From assembly GCA_964035545.1 (NCBI GenBank), contig CAXIUT010000065.1, positions 1 to 25,577 of the forward strand: a DNA stretch of 25,577 bases. The letters run 5' to 3'. The notes under the pieces are model-generated. The model was not told the DNA's origin. It saw only the letters and a program-made list of their open reading frames with translations, and did no database searches. The position numbers and the translations under genes were made by a program. This stretch comes from Bugula neritina (Eukaryota > Animalia > Bryozoa). Below are positions 1 through 6,963 of the stretch, piece by piece (the first letter of the stretch is position 1; each line of letters opens with the position of its first letter).

Positions 1-383
1 ATGCGGGGCAGGGCGGCTGACTGGCTGCATTGCTCCAGGAGCTTGTTGACGGTGCTGCGGGCGAGGGGGCTTCCACGCTCGGACACAAAGAGCCAGGGCA
101 GCTCACTCTCACGCTCTCGAAGGTAACGCCTGAGAAGCCTCAGTTCGTCACCAGCAATCGGGTGCATCCCGTCGATCCCGTTCTTGGATCGCTTCACGAA
201 TACCGTGGCCTGATCGAGGTTCAACCGCTCAAGCTTGATATGGCAGAGCTCCGACACGCGCAGGCCGTGGCGGTAGAGCATCAGAATGATCAGCTCGTTG
301 CGAGCTGGATTTCTGGTCTTTCGTGCTGTTTTACGTAGGGCCTCGACCTCACTGGCCGTGACCCAGTTTTTCACCTTGTTCAT
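1..383 (-). CDS. Tyrosine recombinase, 5' part (cut by window edge; full copy at 17653..18192)
   Basis: Same sequence as 17810..18192; MNKVKNW start. Confidence 0.85.
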   Translation of the reverse strand, partial: MNKVKNWVTASEVEALRKTARKTRNPARNELIILMLYRHGLRVSELCHIKLERLNLDQATVFVKRSKNGIDGMHPIAGDELRLLRRYLRERESELPWLFVSERGSPLARSTVNKLLEQCSQSAALPR

Positions 384-466
384 GAAACTTTCTACAAAAT
401 ATAAGCTGACGTCCTGTCTGAGCCTTCCTGAAAGCCTAACAAAATAGGGCAGGGGGGTTACAGAAC

Positions 467-494
467 ATTCAACATTATATACATAATGTAGAAT
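467..494. other. Symmetric dif-like tyrosine recombinase core site (11-6-11)
   Basis: ATTCAACATTA-TATACA-TAATGTAGAAT; inverted arms with 1 mismatch, extendable to 464..497. The minus strand reads TGTATA TAATGTTGAAT versus E. coli dif TGTATA TTATGTTAAAT. Lies directly upstream of the recombinase gene. Confidence 0.7.
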
Positions 495-520
495 GTTTAA
501 AGCTCTGGCGAGAGAAAATT

Positions 521-548
521 TTGACATCCAAATAAGTATGTATATAAT
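521..548 (+). promoter_or_regulatory. Sigma70-type promoter of the TA-Fic operon
   Basis: TTGACA-N16-TATAAT, 24 nt upstream of ATG 573. Confidence 0.75.
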
Positions 549-572
549 AGTGGTGTAATTTAATATGGTGAT

Positions 573-842
573 ATGCAAACTATGGGAAATGTAAAGAGAA
601 CCTTCACCCTTCCTGATGAGGTGAGCCAGGAACTTGATGAAGTGATCCCAAATAGGGAGCGTTCAAAGTTTATCGCAATGACTTTGCAGGAGGCTTTGCG
701 TCAGAAAAAACGTGATGAGCTTATGAAGCTTCTAGATGATCTGCCGCGTGATAAATCTCTGGATGGGGTGCAGGCAGAGGATGTGCTGCGCGAAATCCGC
801 GATACCCGCGCCGATGAAATACTTTCTAACTCTCGCCCATGA
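573..842 (+). CDS. CopG/ribbon-helix-helix antitoxin (VapB-like)
   Basis: KRTFTLPDEVSQELD...RSKFIAMTLQEAL RHH pattern; ATGA overlap with the PIN gene. Confidence 0.85.
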   Translation: MQTMGNVKRTFTLPDEVSQELDEVIPNRERSKFIAMTLQEALRQKKRDELMKLLDDLPRDKSLDGVQAEDVLREIRDTRADEILSNSRP

Positions 843-1285
843 AGCATAAAATCATAGTACCCGATGCAAATGTCGCAGTAAAAATTCTCCACACTGAAGC
901 TGACACTGAACAAGCTCGTGCCCTGTTTCGTTCCTGCGCAGAGCACGGAACCAAGATTTTGGTCCCTGAGCATTTTCTCTATGAAGTGGTGAATGTATGC
1001 CAGCGTGTCAAAGTTGGGGTTGATGATGTTCTGGACTTCTACGAAGCATTGAGATCGTCAATTCTTACCGTGGTATCTCCGAACCGGGATATCTGGCAGA
1101 GAGCTGAACAGATTGCTCAAGATGGGCATCCAAACAGTGGCTTTCCATCGATCTATGACAGTATCTACCAAGCACTCGCGCTTGATGCTGGGGGCGTCTT
1201 TATAACTGCTGATAAACGCCACGTTGCAAAAACCCATCAACATGGTGGGGTGATGTTGCTCAGTGATTGGGCAGACGACAAATAA
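839..1285 (+). CDS. vapC: PIN-domain toxin (VapC family)
   Basis: IVPDANVAVK, YEVVNV, SIYDSIYQALA and FITADKR carry the acidic PIN motifs. Confidence 0.9.
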   Translation: MKHKIIVPDANVAVKILHTEADTEQARALFRSCAEHGTKILVPEHFLYEVVNVCQRVKVGVDDVLDFYEALRSSILTVVSPNRDIWQRAEQIAQDGHPNSGFPSIYDSIYQALALDAGGVFITADKRHVAKTHQHGGVMLLSDWADDK

Positions 1286-1297
1286 CCATGCGATACT

Positions 1298-2296
1298 ATG
1301 AAAAACGATAGAAAAATTACATCTTTGGATCTGACGGAACCGATGGTTCCAATAAGCCCGAAGCAAAAAGAGGAGCTTGTGCAGCTGCGCGAGCGTTTTA
1401 TTCAATTAGTTTCTAAAATTATGAACGCTGAAAGTTTTGATCTTACTCAGGTCTATCCAGATACCGAAGACCTTGGCGAATTGTATGACCAACTTGATGA
1501 CTTAAAAAAATGCCTGGACAGCTTCAGACCATTCAATCCTGCTCAAGTGAAAAACCTCCGTGAGGTATATGATACTGAATACACGTACGCGTCTAACAGG
1601 ATCGAGGGAAATACTCTTACGCTCCAGGAGACCAGTTTTGTTATCAATGAAGGTCTGACGATCAGCAACAAGCCGATGAAGGATCATATTGAGGCGATCA
1701 ATCATAAAGTAGCCATCGACTTCATGCGCGAGCTTGCTGACCAGAATGAACCTATTAGTGAGCGAAACATCAAGCTGATACACGCACTGATTTTGCAGGG
1801 TATAGACCGTCAAGAGGCTGGAAAATATCGCGATGTGGTAGTTGGGATACGTGCTACTGATATCGTCTTCCCAGAACCCTTCATGGTTCCTGATCTTATG
1901 CGTGATCTCATAGACTTCTATGAAGAGCATAAGGACGAGTTTCACCCAGTGAAACTTGCGGCGCAGATGCACGCTAGGCTGGTGAATATCCATCCGTTCA
2001 TTGATGGAAATGGACGCACTTGCCGCTTGGTAATGAATCTAATTTTGTTGCAAAACGGTTATCCACTCACAATTTTTGCACCTGACGCGGATGCAAGACA
2101 GACATATTTTGATGCGCTCAACCAGACACGCGACACTGAAGATCAATCACACTTCGAGCTCTTCGCGGCAAAAAATGTCAAACGATGGGCGATGGAATAC
2201 CTCTCGATGCTTGCCCCGAATATCGGGGAAAACGAACAAAAAAAAGGCTACTACTACTTCAAGAAAGTCGAGCCATATCTACGGCATACAAAATAA
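1298..2296 (+). CDS. Fic family protein (class II, intramolecular inhibitory helix)
   Basis: Catalytic motif HPFIDGNGRTCR; inhibitory motif SNRIEGN N-terminal to it. Confidence 0.95.
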   Translation: MKNDRKITSLDLTEPMVPISPKQKEELVQLRERFIQLVSKIMNAESFDLTQVYPDTEDLGELYDQLDDLKKCLDSFRPFNPAQVKNLREVYDTEYTYASNRIEGNTLTLQETSFVINEGLTISNKPMKDHIEAINHKVAIDFMRELADQNEPISERNIKLIHALILQGIDRQEAGKYRDVVVGIRATDIVFPEPFMVPDLMRDLIDFYEEHKDEFHPVKLAAQMHARLVNIHPFIDGNGRTCRLVMNLILLQNGYPLTIFAPDADARQTYFDALNQTRDTEDQSHFELFAAKNVKRWAMEYLSMLAPNIGENEQKKGYYYFKKVEPYLRHTK

Positions 2297-2302
2297 CCAA
2301 AC

Positions 2303-2330
2303 TTTCAACATTATATTTATTTTGTGGAAA
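2303..2330. other. Second, hybrid/degenerate dif-like site
   Basis: TTTCAACATTA-TATTTA-TTTTGTGGAAA; left arm plus TA matches 468..479 (ttcaacattata); 6 nt after the Fic stop. Confidence 0.5.
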
Positions 2331-2404
2331 AGGCAAAAGAAATGGGTGTCTCAAGAGGAACCGTCTACAAAGCAACTGCCCAATTTATAATCTCCGGCCT
2401 TTAA
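2324..2404 (+). pseudogene. C-terminal HTH remnant of a serine resolvase/invertase
   Basis: Translates VEKAKEMGVSRGTVYKATAQFIISGL*, a Hin/resolvase-type recognition helix with no catalytic N-terminus. Confidence 0.6.
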
Positions 2405-2452
2405 CCTGATTTGTTTGCGGGGATGATAACACCCCTCACGCCTGCCAAAATC

Positions 2453-3481
2453 TTACTTCAAAAACTCTGCCAATACGGCCGCTTCGTATGCCTTAACGCT
2501 CATCCGTGCTGACGGGCCATAGCTTTCGAAGCCCGTCTCCAACTGTGGGAACAGCTCAAGGATTTCGTTGCGCGTTGCTACATCCAGCGCGGACCAACCC
2601 ATTTCACCTGGGTGGAAGCTTTCTGTGGCAGACCCTTCGGCAAAGATGATCTCGTGTTGATCGAACAGGATGTGGAAATATTCCACTTCGCCGCCTTCGT
2701 CACGGGTAATCGTTTTGTCGTTGATCAGGGCCTTGGCAGGGGCCAAAACTTCGGCCTCGCCAAAGAGCAGCTCTGCACGCCATCCTTCCAGAACCATACG
2801 GTGCTGAGGAGAGACGCGAAGATCACGGGTGTTGCCCAATGTGCCTGCGGCGATCTTGATTGGGGCCAGTTTGCCAAGGGCCGCGCGTTTGGTGGATCCG
2901 ATCCAGCGGATTGGCTGCATCCCATTGTCGCGGGTGCGCACCATCATGCCTTCGGCCAGATCCTGCACGGCAACTTCGCCTTGATTCGTGTCAATCATCG
3001 TGTCGCGGGCAAAGCAGACGGCGGTTAAAGACGCATTATCAAGTGTAAATACGTCAGCGCCATTAGTGGACCCAATTCTAATGCCTGTGATATCGGATGC
3101 TGCTGTGAAAGTGATCGTTGCCGTTTGGTAATCAAGACCAGCACTATAAACTGCATCAAAAGTTCCCAGCACATTGCCGTCTTGATCTTGCAAACTCAGT
3201 TGAGAATCGCTTCCTGAACTGCGGCTCCCGGCATCATAGTCAATTGTAAATGTATATTCGGTGCCTGTCGTCAGTGGGGTTGTTAAGGTCTGCTCCATCA
3301 TTTCCCCTATGACCATAACCCAGTCATCCCCGTCCGTGGCCCCACCTGGCGCACCCATGCTGGTTAGGCCTCGGTTCAAGTCAGCTGTTCCAACAGCATT
3401 TGTCCATTCAGGTGGAGCTGTGCTGTATACCACGCCTGTGTGTGGGCCTTCGAAGCTGCCATTTCTAAGTAGTTCAGTCAT
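2453..3481 (-). CDS. Hint-domain protein copy 1 (N-terminal carbohydrate-binding-like jelly roll + Hint_2/BIL domain)
   Basis: Hint starts at C156 (VCFARDTMIDT); LRVSPQHR block; YFHILFDQHEIIFAEG..TESFHPG; N-domain runs LLRNGSFE...LDNASL; RBS AAGGA. Confidence 0.92.
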   Translation of the reverse strand: MTELLRNGSFEGPHTGVVYSTAPPEWTNAVGTADLNRGLTSMGAPGGATDGDDWVMVIGEMMEQTLTTPLTTGTEYTFTIDYDAGSRSSGSDSQLSLQDQDGNVLGTFDAVYSAGLDYQTATITFTAASDITGIRIGSTNGADVFTLDNASLTAVCFARDTMIDTNQGEVAVQDLAEGMMVRTRDNGMQPIRWIGSTKRAALGKLAPIKIAAGTLGNTRDLRVSPQHRMVLEGWRAELLFGEAEVLAPAKALINDKTITRDEGGEVEYFHILFDQHEIIFAEGSATESFHPGEMGWSALDVATRNEILELFPQLETGFESYGPSARMSVKAYEAAVLAEFLK

Positions 3482-3733
3482 TTGTTGTATCCTTCTTTCA
3501 CCTTAAACAGGCTTCAACATGATGTGTCAGATTTAGATCATTCACTTTAGTGATCGTGTGCTTCTCTTTCCTCGAAACGGATCATTAATTAATCTTTAGT
3601 TTTTAATTTGGGCAGATTTGTAATCGAATTTGGGCGTGCTTGTGGTCAAATTTGGACCAGTGAGGCCAATGGGCAGATATTAGGTGGCTCAAGCTTAGAG
3701 CGTTTCAACCGTAACCGCCTAAGGTTGGATACC

Positions 3734-3763
3734 AAAAAAGGGCGGCCCTTGGGCCGCCCTTTT
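3734..3763. terminator. Bidirectional intrinsic terminator downstream of Hint copy 2
   Basis: aaaaaaGGGCGGCCcttgGGCCGCCCtttt; gives a U6 tract on the minus strand. Confidence 0.85.
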
Positions 3764-3807
3764 GAAACTACGAAACGTTTCGCTTTTAATCTGATTTGTT
3801 GTGGAGA

Positions 3808-3842
3808 TTGGAGTGTAGCCAATTCAATTGACTACACCCCAA
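3808..3842 (-). other. Long palindromic hairpin (REP-like) in the 3' UTR of Hint copy 2
   Basis: ttggagtgtagccaatt-c-aattgactacaccccaa; both mismatches become G.U pairs on the minus strand. Confidence 0.65.
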
Positions 3843-3872
3843 GACGCAATAAACCCCACTGCTACCAAGATC

Positions 3873-4901
3873 TTACTTCAAAAACTCTGCCAACACGGCC
3901 GCTTCGTATGCCTTAACGCTCATCCGCGCGGACTGACCATAGCTTTCGAAGTCCGTCTCCAACTGTGGGAACAGTTCAAGGATTTCGTTGCGCGTTGCGG
4001 CATCCAGTGCGGACCAGCCCATTTCACCTGGGTGAAAGCTTTCTGTGGCAGACCCTTCGGCAAAGATGATCTCGTGTTGATCGAACAGGATGTGGAAATA
4101 TTCCACCTGACCGCCTTCGTCACGGGTAATCGTTTTGTCGTTGATCAGGGCCTTGGCAGGGGCCAAAACTTCGGCCTCGCCAAAGAGCAGCTCTGCACGC
4201 CATCCTTCCAGAACCATACGGTGCTGAGGAGAGACGCGAAGATCACGGGTGTTGCCCAATGTGCCTGCGGCGATCTTGATTGGGGCCAGTTTGCCAAGGG
4301 CCGCGCGTTTGGTGGATCCGATCCAGCGGATTGGCTGCATCCCATTGTCGCGGGTGCGCACCATCATGCCTTCGGCCAGATCCTGCACGGCAACTTCGCC
4401 TTGATTCGTGTCAATCATCGTGTCGCGGGCAAAGCAGACGGCGGTTAAAGACGCATTATCAAGTGTAAATACGTCAGCGCCATTAGTGGACCCAATTCTA
4501 ATGCCTGTGATATCGGATGCTGCTGTGAAAGTGATCGTTGCCGTTTGGTAATCAAGACCAGCACTATAAACTGCATCAAAAGTTCCCAGCACATTGCCGT
4601 CTTGATCTTGCAAACTCAGTTGAGAATCGCTTCCTGAACTGCGGCTCCCGGCATCATAGTCAATTGTAAATGTATATTCGGTGCCTGTCGTCAGTGGGGT
4701 TGTTAAGGTCTGCTCCATCATTTCCCCTATGACCATAACCCAGTCATCCCCGTCCGTGGCCCCACCTGGCGCACCCATGCTGGTTAGGCCTCGGTTCAAG
4801 TCAGCTGTTCCAACAGCATTTGTCCATTCAGGTGGAGCTGTGCTGTATACCACGCCTGTGTGTGGGCCTTCGAAGCTGCCATTTCTAAGTAGTTCAGTCA
4901 T
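3873..4901 (-). CDS. Hint-domain protein copy 2
   Basis: 342 aa; differs from copy 1 at 4 C-terminal residues. Confidence 0.92.
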   Translation of the reverse strand: MTELLRNGSFEGPHTGVVYSTAPPEWTNAVGTADLNRGLTSMGAPGGATDGDDWVMVIGEMMEQTLTTPLTTGTEYTFTIDYDAGSRSSGSDSQLSLQDQDGNVLGTFDAVYSAGLDYQTATITFTAASDITGIRIGSTNGADVFTLDNASLTAVCFARDTMIDTNQGEVAVQDLAEGMMVRTRDNGMQPIRWIGSTKRAALGKLAPIKIAAGTLGNTRDLRVSPQHRMVLEGWRAELLFGEAEVLAPAKALINDKTITRDEGGQVEYFHILFDQHEIIFAEGSATESFHPGEMGWSALDAATRNEILELFPQLETDFESYGQSARMSVKAYEAAVLAEFLK

Positions 4902-5153
4902 TTGTTGTATCCTTCTTTCACCTTAAACAGGCTTCAACATGATGTGTCAGATTTAGATCATTCACTTTAGTGATCGTGTGCTTCTCTTTCCTCGAAACGG
5001 ATCATTAATTAATCTTTAGTTTTTAATTTGGGCAGATTTGTAATCGAATTTGGGCGTGCTTGTGGTCAAATTTGGACCAGTGAGGCCAATGGGCAGATAT
5101 TAGGTGGCTCAAGCTTAGAGCGTTTCAACCGTAACCGCCTAAGGTTGGATACC

Positions 5154-5183
5154 AAAAAAGGGCGGCCCTTGGGCCGCCCTTTT
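5154..5183. terminator. Bidirectional intrinsic terminator downstream of Hint copy 3
   Basis: Identical to 3734..3763. Confidence 0.85.
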
Positions 5184-5227
5184 GAAACTACGAAACGTTT
5201 CGCTTTTAATCTGATTTGTTGTGGAGA

Positions 5228-5262
5228 TTGGAGTGTAGCCAATTCAATTGACTACACCCCAA
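5228..5262 (-). other. Palindromic hairpin in the 3' UTR of Hint copy 3
   Basis: Identical to 3808..3842. Confidence 0.65.
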
Positions 5263-5292
5263 GACGCAATAAACCCCACTGCTACCAAGATC

Positions 5293-6321
5293 TTACGACA
5301 AAAACTCTGCCAATACGGCAGCTTCTTGTCCCTTAACGCTCATCCGTGCTGCCAGGCCATAGCTGTCGAAATCAGTTTCCAGCTCTGGGAACAGCTCAAG
5401 GATTTCGTTGCGCGTTGCGGCATCCAGTGCGGACCAGCCCATTTCACCTGGGTGAAAGCTTTCTGTGGCAGACCCTTCGGCAAAGATGATCTCGTGTTGA
5501 TCGAACAGGATGTGGAAATATTCCACTTCGCCGCCTTCGTCACGGGTAATCGTTTTGTCGTTGATCAGGGCCTTGGCAGGGGCCAAAACTTCGGCCTCGC
5601 CAAAGAGCAGCTCTGCACGCCATCCTTCCAGAACCATACGGTGCTGAGGAGAGACGCGAAGATCACGGGTGTTGCCCAATGTGCCTGCGGCGATCTTGAT
5701 TGGGGCCAGTTGGCCTCGGGCCGCGCGTTTGGTGGATCCGATCCAGCGGATTGGCTGCATCCCATTGTCGCGGGTGCGCACCATCATGCCTTCGGCCAGA
5801 TCCTGCACGGCAACTTCGCCTTGATTCGTGTCAATCATCGTGTCGCGGGCAAAGCAGACGGCGGTTAAAGACGCATTATCAAGTGTAAATACGTCAGCGC
5901 CATTAGTGGACCCAATTCTAATGCCTGTGATATCGGATGCTGCTGTGAAAGTGATCGTTGCCGTTTGGTAATCAAGACCAGCACTATAAACTGCATTAAA
6001 AGTTCCCAGCACATTGCCGTCTTGATCTTGCAAACTCAGTTCAGAATCGGCTGGTGTACTGCGGCTCCCGGAATCATAGTCAATTGTAAATGTATATTCG
6101 GTGCCTGTCGTCAGTGGGGTTGATAAAGTTTGCTCTATCATTTCCCCTGCGATCCAAATCCAGTCATCCCCGTCCGTGGCCCCACCTGGCGTGCCCATGC
6201 TGGGTACGCCTCGGTTCAAGTCAGCTGTTCCAACAGCATTTGTCCATTCAGGTGGAGCTGTGCTGTATTCCACGCCTGTGTGTGGGCCTTCGAAGCTGCC
6301 ATTTCTAAGTAGTTCAGTCAT
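5293..6321 (-). CDS. Hint-domain protein copy 3 (divergent N-domain)
   Basis: 342 aa; 16 substitutions in residues 18-109 versus copies 1/2. Confidence 0.92.
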   Translation of the reverse strand: MTELLRNGSFEGPHTGVEYSTAPPEWTNAVGTADLNRGVPSMGTPGGATDGDDWIWIAGEMIEQTLSTPLTTGTEYTFTIDYDSGSRSTPADSELSLQDQDGNVLGTFNAVYSAGLDYQTATITFTAASDITGIRIGSTNGADVFTLDNASLTAVCFARDTMIDTNQGEVAVQDLAEGMMVRTRDNGMQPIRWIGSTKRAARGQLAPIKIAAGTLGNTRDLRVSPQHRMVLEGWRAELLFGEAEVLAPAKALINDKTITRDEGGEVEYFHILFDQHEIIFAEGSATESFHPGEMGWSALDAATRNEILELFPELETDFDSYGLAARMSVKGQEAAVLAEFLS

Positions 6322-6392
6322 TTGTTGTATCCTTGTCTAATATAACACTATGGCGAGACCTTTATGCGCAAATATCCGTCTGCACAAGCCAG

Positions 6393-6413
6393 TCATATCG
6401 ATAATCGATATGA
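6393..6413. promoter_or_regulatory. Perfect palindromic operator candidate in the divergent promoter region
   Basis: TCATATCGAT-A-ATCGATATGA. Confidence 0.55.
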
Positions 6414-6434
6414 TGATTAATGGATATATTTACG

Positions 6435-6479
6435 AGATATGCTATTTACAGTTTTGCAAGATATGCCATTTTACAGTTT
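6435..6479 (+). repeat. Imperfect 20/21-bp direct repeat upstream of the NusA-NTD-like gene
   Basis: agatatgctatttacagttt (6435) and agatatgccattttacagttt (6459). Confidence 0.6.
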
Positions 6480-6506
6480 ATTATCCCTAAAAAGAAGGAA
6501 ATGTAG

Positions 6507-6923
6507 ATGGATATGCTAAAAAATACTGGCCCTATCGACCTGAACACGCGGGCCGATTTGCGTCCACACATCGAAAATTATGCATCAGACAATGATATGA
6601 CATTTGATGACGCATTAGATCGAATCAGCACCCTATATGTGCAGGCCGCCCATTCGGTTCATGGATCCCAATATGATTTTCGCGCCACATTGAATGACGT
6701 AGGGCAAATCAAGCTGTTGCAGGTGTTAACTGTCGTAAGCACCGTAACAGACGAGGATCGGCAAGTATCTCTGACCAATGCCCGAAAAACCTATCCAAAT
6801 ATTGAATTGGGCGGGTATATTTTGAACCAGATCACCCCTGTGGAACCTGAAGGCTTATTCGATACTCCTGCGACACAAACTATAACAGTTAAAGGCATGA
6901 CCTTAAAACCTGTTCGCGGCTAA
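6507..6923 (+). CDS. Stand-alone NusA N-terminal-domain-like protein
   Basis: QAAHSVHGSQYDFRATLNDVGQIKLLQVLTVVSTVTD..RQVSLTNARKTYPNIELGGYILNQITP aligns by eye with the alphaproteobacterial NusA-NTD pattern (KAARSRYG..NIRA.I...GEI.L.R.L.VVE.VED...QI.L..AR...P..LGDFI...LPP). No S1/KH domains; RBS AAGGA. Confidence 0.7.
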   Translation: MDMLKNTGPIDLNTRADLRPHIENYASDNDMTFDDALDRISTLYVQAAHSVHGSQYDFRATLNDVGQIKLLQVLTVVSTVTDEDRQVSLTNARKTYPNIELGGYILNQITPVEPEGLFDTPATQTITVKGMTLKPVRG

Positions 6924-6926
6924 GGC

Positions 6927-6958
6927 TACGTCTGCGACCCTTGCGGGCCGCAGACGTA
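6927..6958. terminator. Stem-loop directly after the NusA-NTD-like gene
   Basis: tacgtctgcg-acccttgcgggc-cgcagacgta; no strong U tract on the + strand. Confidence 0.5.
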
Positions 6959-6963
6959 AAGCC

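Larger units (their letters stand above)
2445..6334. repeat. Tandem array, 1,420-bp period, about 2.7 units (three Hint genes)
   Basis: Genes at 2453, 3873 and 5293; intergenic 3482..3872 matches 4902..5292; homology ends at the RBS (tttgttgtatcctt, 6334). Confidence 0.97.

Noticed and set aside
2323-2331. Reverse DnaA box TGTGGAAAA
   Set aside because: Isolated, far from the origin, and overlapping the hybrid site and resolvase remnant.
3585-3599. CtrA-like TTAA-N7-TTAG upstream of Hint copies 1/2
   Set aside because: One mismatch, in very AT-rich DNA; not distinguishable from chance by eye.
2453-6321. Diversity-generating retroelement explaining the Hint variants
   Set aside because: No reverse transcriptase in the window, and the differences are not adenine-specific.
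2612-6340. Plus-strand ORFs antisense to the Hint genes (138, 206, 102 and 81 aa)
   Set aside because: Shadow ORFs with no motifs; they recur only because the DNA is repeated.
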